A DNA stretch of 64,000 bases from an uncultured delta proteobacterium (GTDB taxonomy: Bacteria; Desulfobacterota_D; UBA1144; Nemesobacterales; UBA2774). The position numbers and the translations under genes are program-made. How positions within the stretch are numbered: position 1 is the stretch's first letter; each line of letters opens with the position of its first letter. The notes beneath the pieces are model-generated. The model worked only from the letters and a program-made list of their open reading frames with translations, searched no databases and had not been told where the DNA came from. The stretch spans positions 851,151 through 915,150 of the forward strand of contig CAVWAZ010000030.1 in assembly GCA_963752995.1 (NCBI GenBank), written 5' to 3'. This document shows positions 63,943 to 64,000 of the stretch, in pieces.

Positions 63943-64000
63943 TTTCATTCCCTCCTTAGAAAAGAACGAATACAAGCATGCGCACATTCGGTCACCCAAT

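Overview
This 64 kb window is GC-rich (~58-60% GC) bacterial chromosomal DNA that looks like ordinary core genome. No rRNA or tRNA genes, CRISPR arrays, integrases or other mobile-element signatures were recognised. All gene calls rest on reading the supplied translations and the DNA; no database search was possible.

Gene content, left to right:
- A partial minus-strand lipoprotein, then argC.
- An acyl-CoA ligase with an adjacent acyl carrier protein, a MerR-like gene and a hypothetical gene.
- A primary-type sigma-70 factor, nth, and an isolated nuoJ-nuoK-nuoL block.
- An ~0.8 kb repeat-containing non-coding gap.
- A convergent glnB-glnA operon with a strong sigma-54 promoter match. A second, divergent sigma-54-like promoter faces an unusual MshEN(GspE-N)-receiver fusion gene and a hypothetical gene.
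- A DUF2237 gene, a CdaA-CdaR(YbbR) diadenylate cyclase fusion, a MOFRL glycerate kinase, a secreted protein with six C-x3-C-x6-C-x3-C modules, a THEP1-like NTPase and a NifS/IscS cysteine desulfurase.
- A minus-strand operon: def, exported acetolactate decarboxylase, exported cyclase, hypothetical.
- A second acyl-CoA ligase, a secreted His/Tyr-rich low-complexity protein, gcvT-gcvH-gcvP, an SPFH protein, recJ, aroQ, a TPR protein and murJ.
- A complete dcw cluster: mraZ-rsmH-ftsL-ftsI-murE-murF-mraY-murD-ftsW-murG-murC-murB-ftsQ-ftsA-ftsZ. It is preceded by a near-consensus sigma-70 promoter and a four-repeat MraZ operator.
- rsfS, nadD, ribD, ftsY, dnaE, a small hypothetical gene and selO.

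Eight conserved genes appear as two adjacent ORFs in different frames: two acyl-CoA ligases, a hypothetical gene, glycerate kinase, gcvP, murF, ftsY and dnaE. The shifts mostly sit at short homopolymers, so I read them as sequencing or assembly indels rather than pseudogenes and report each as one gene.
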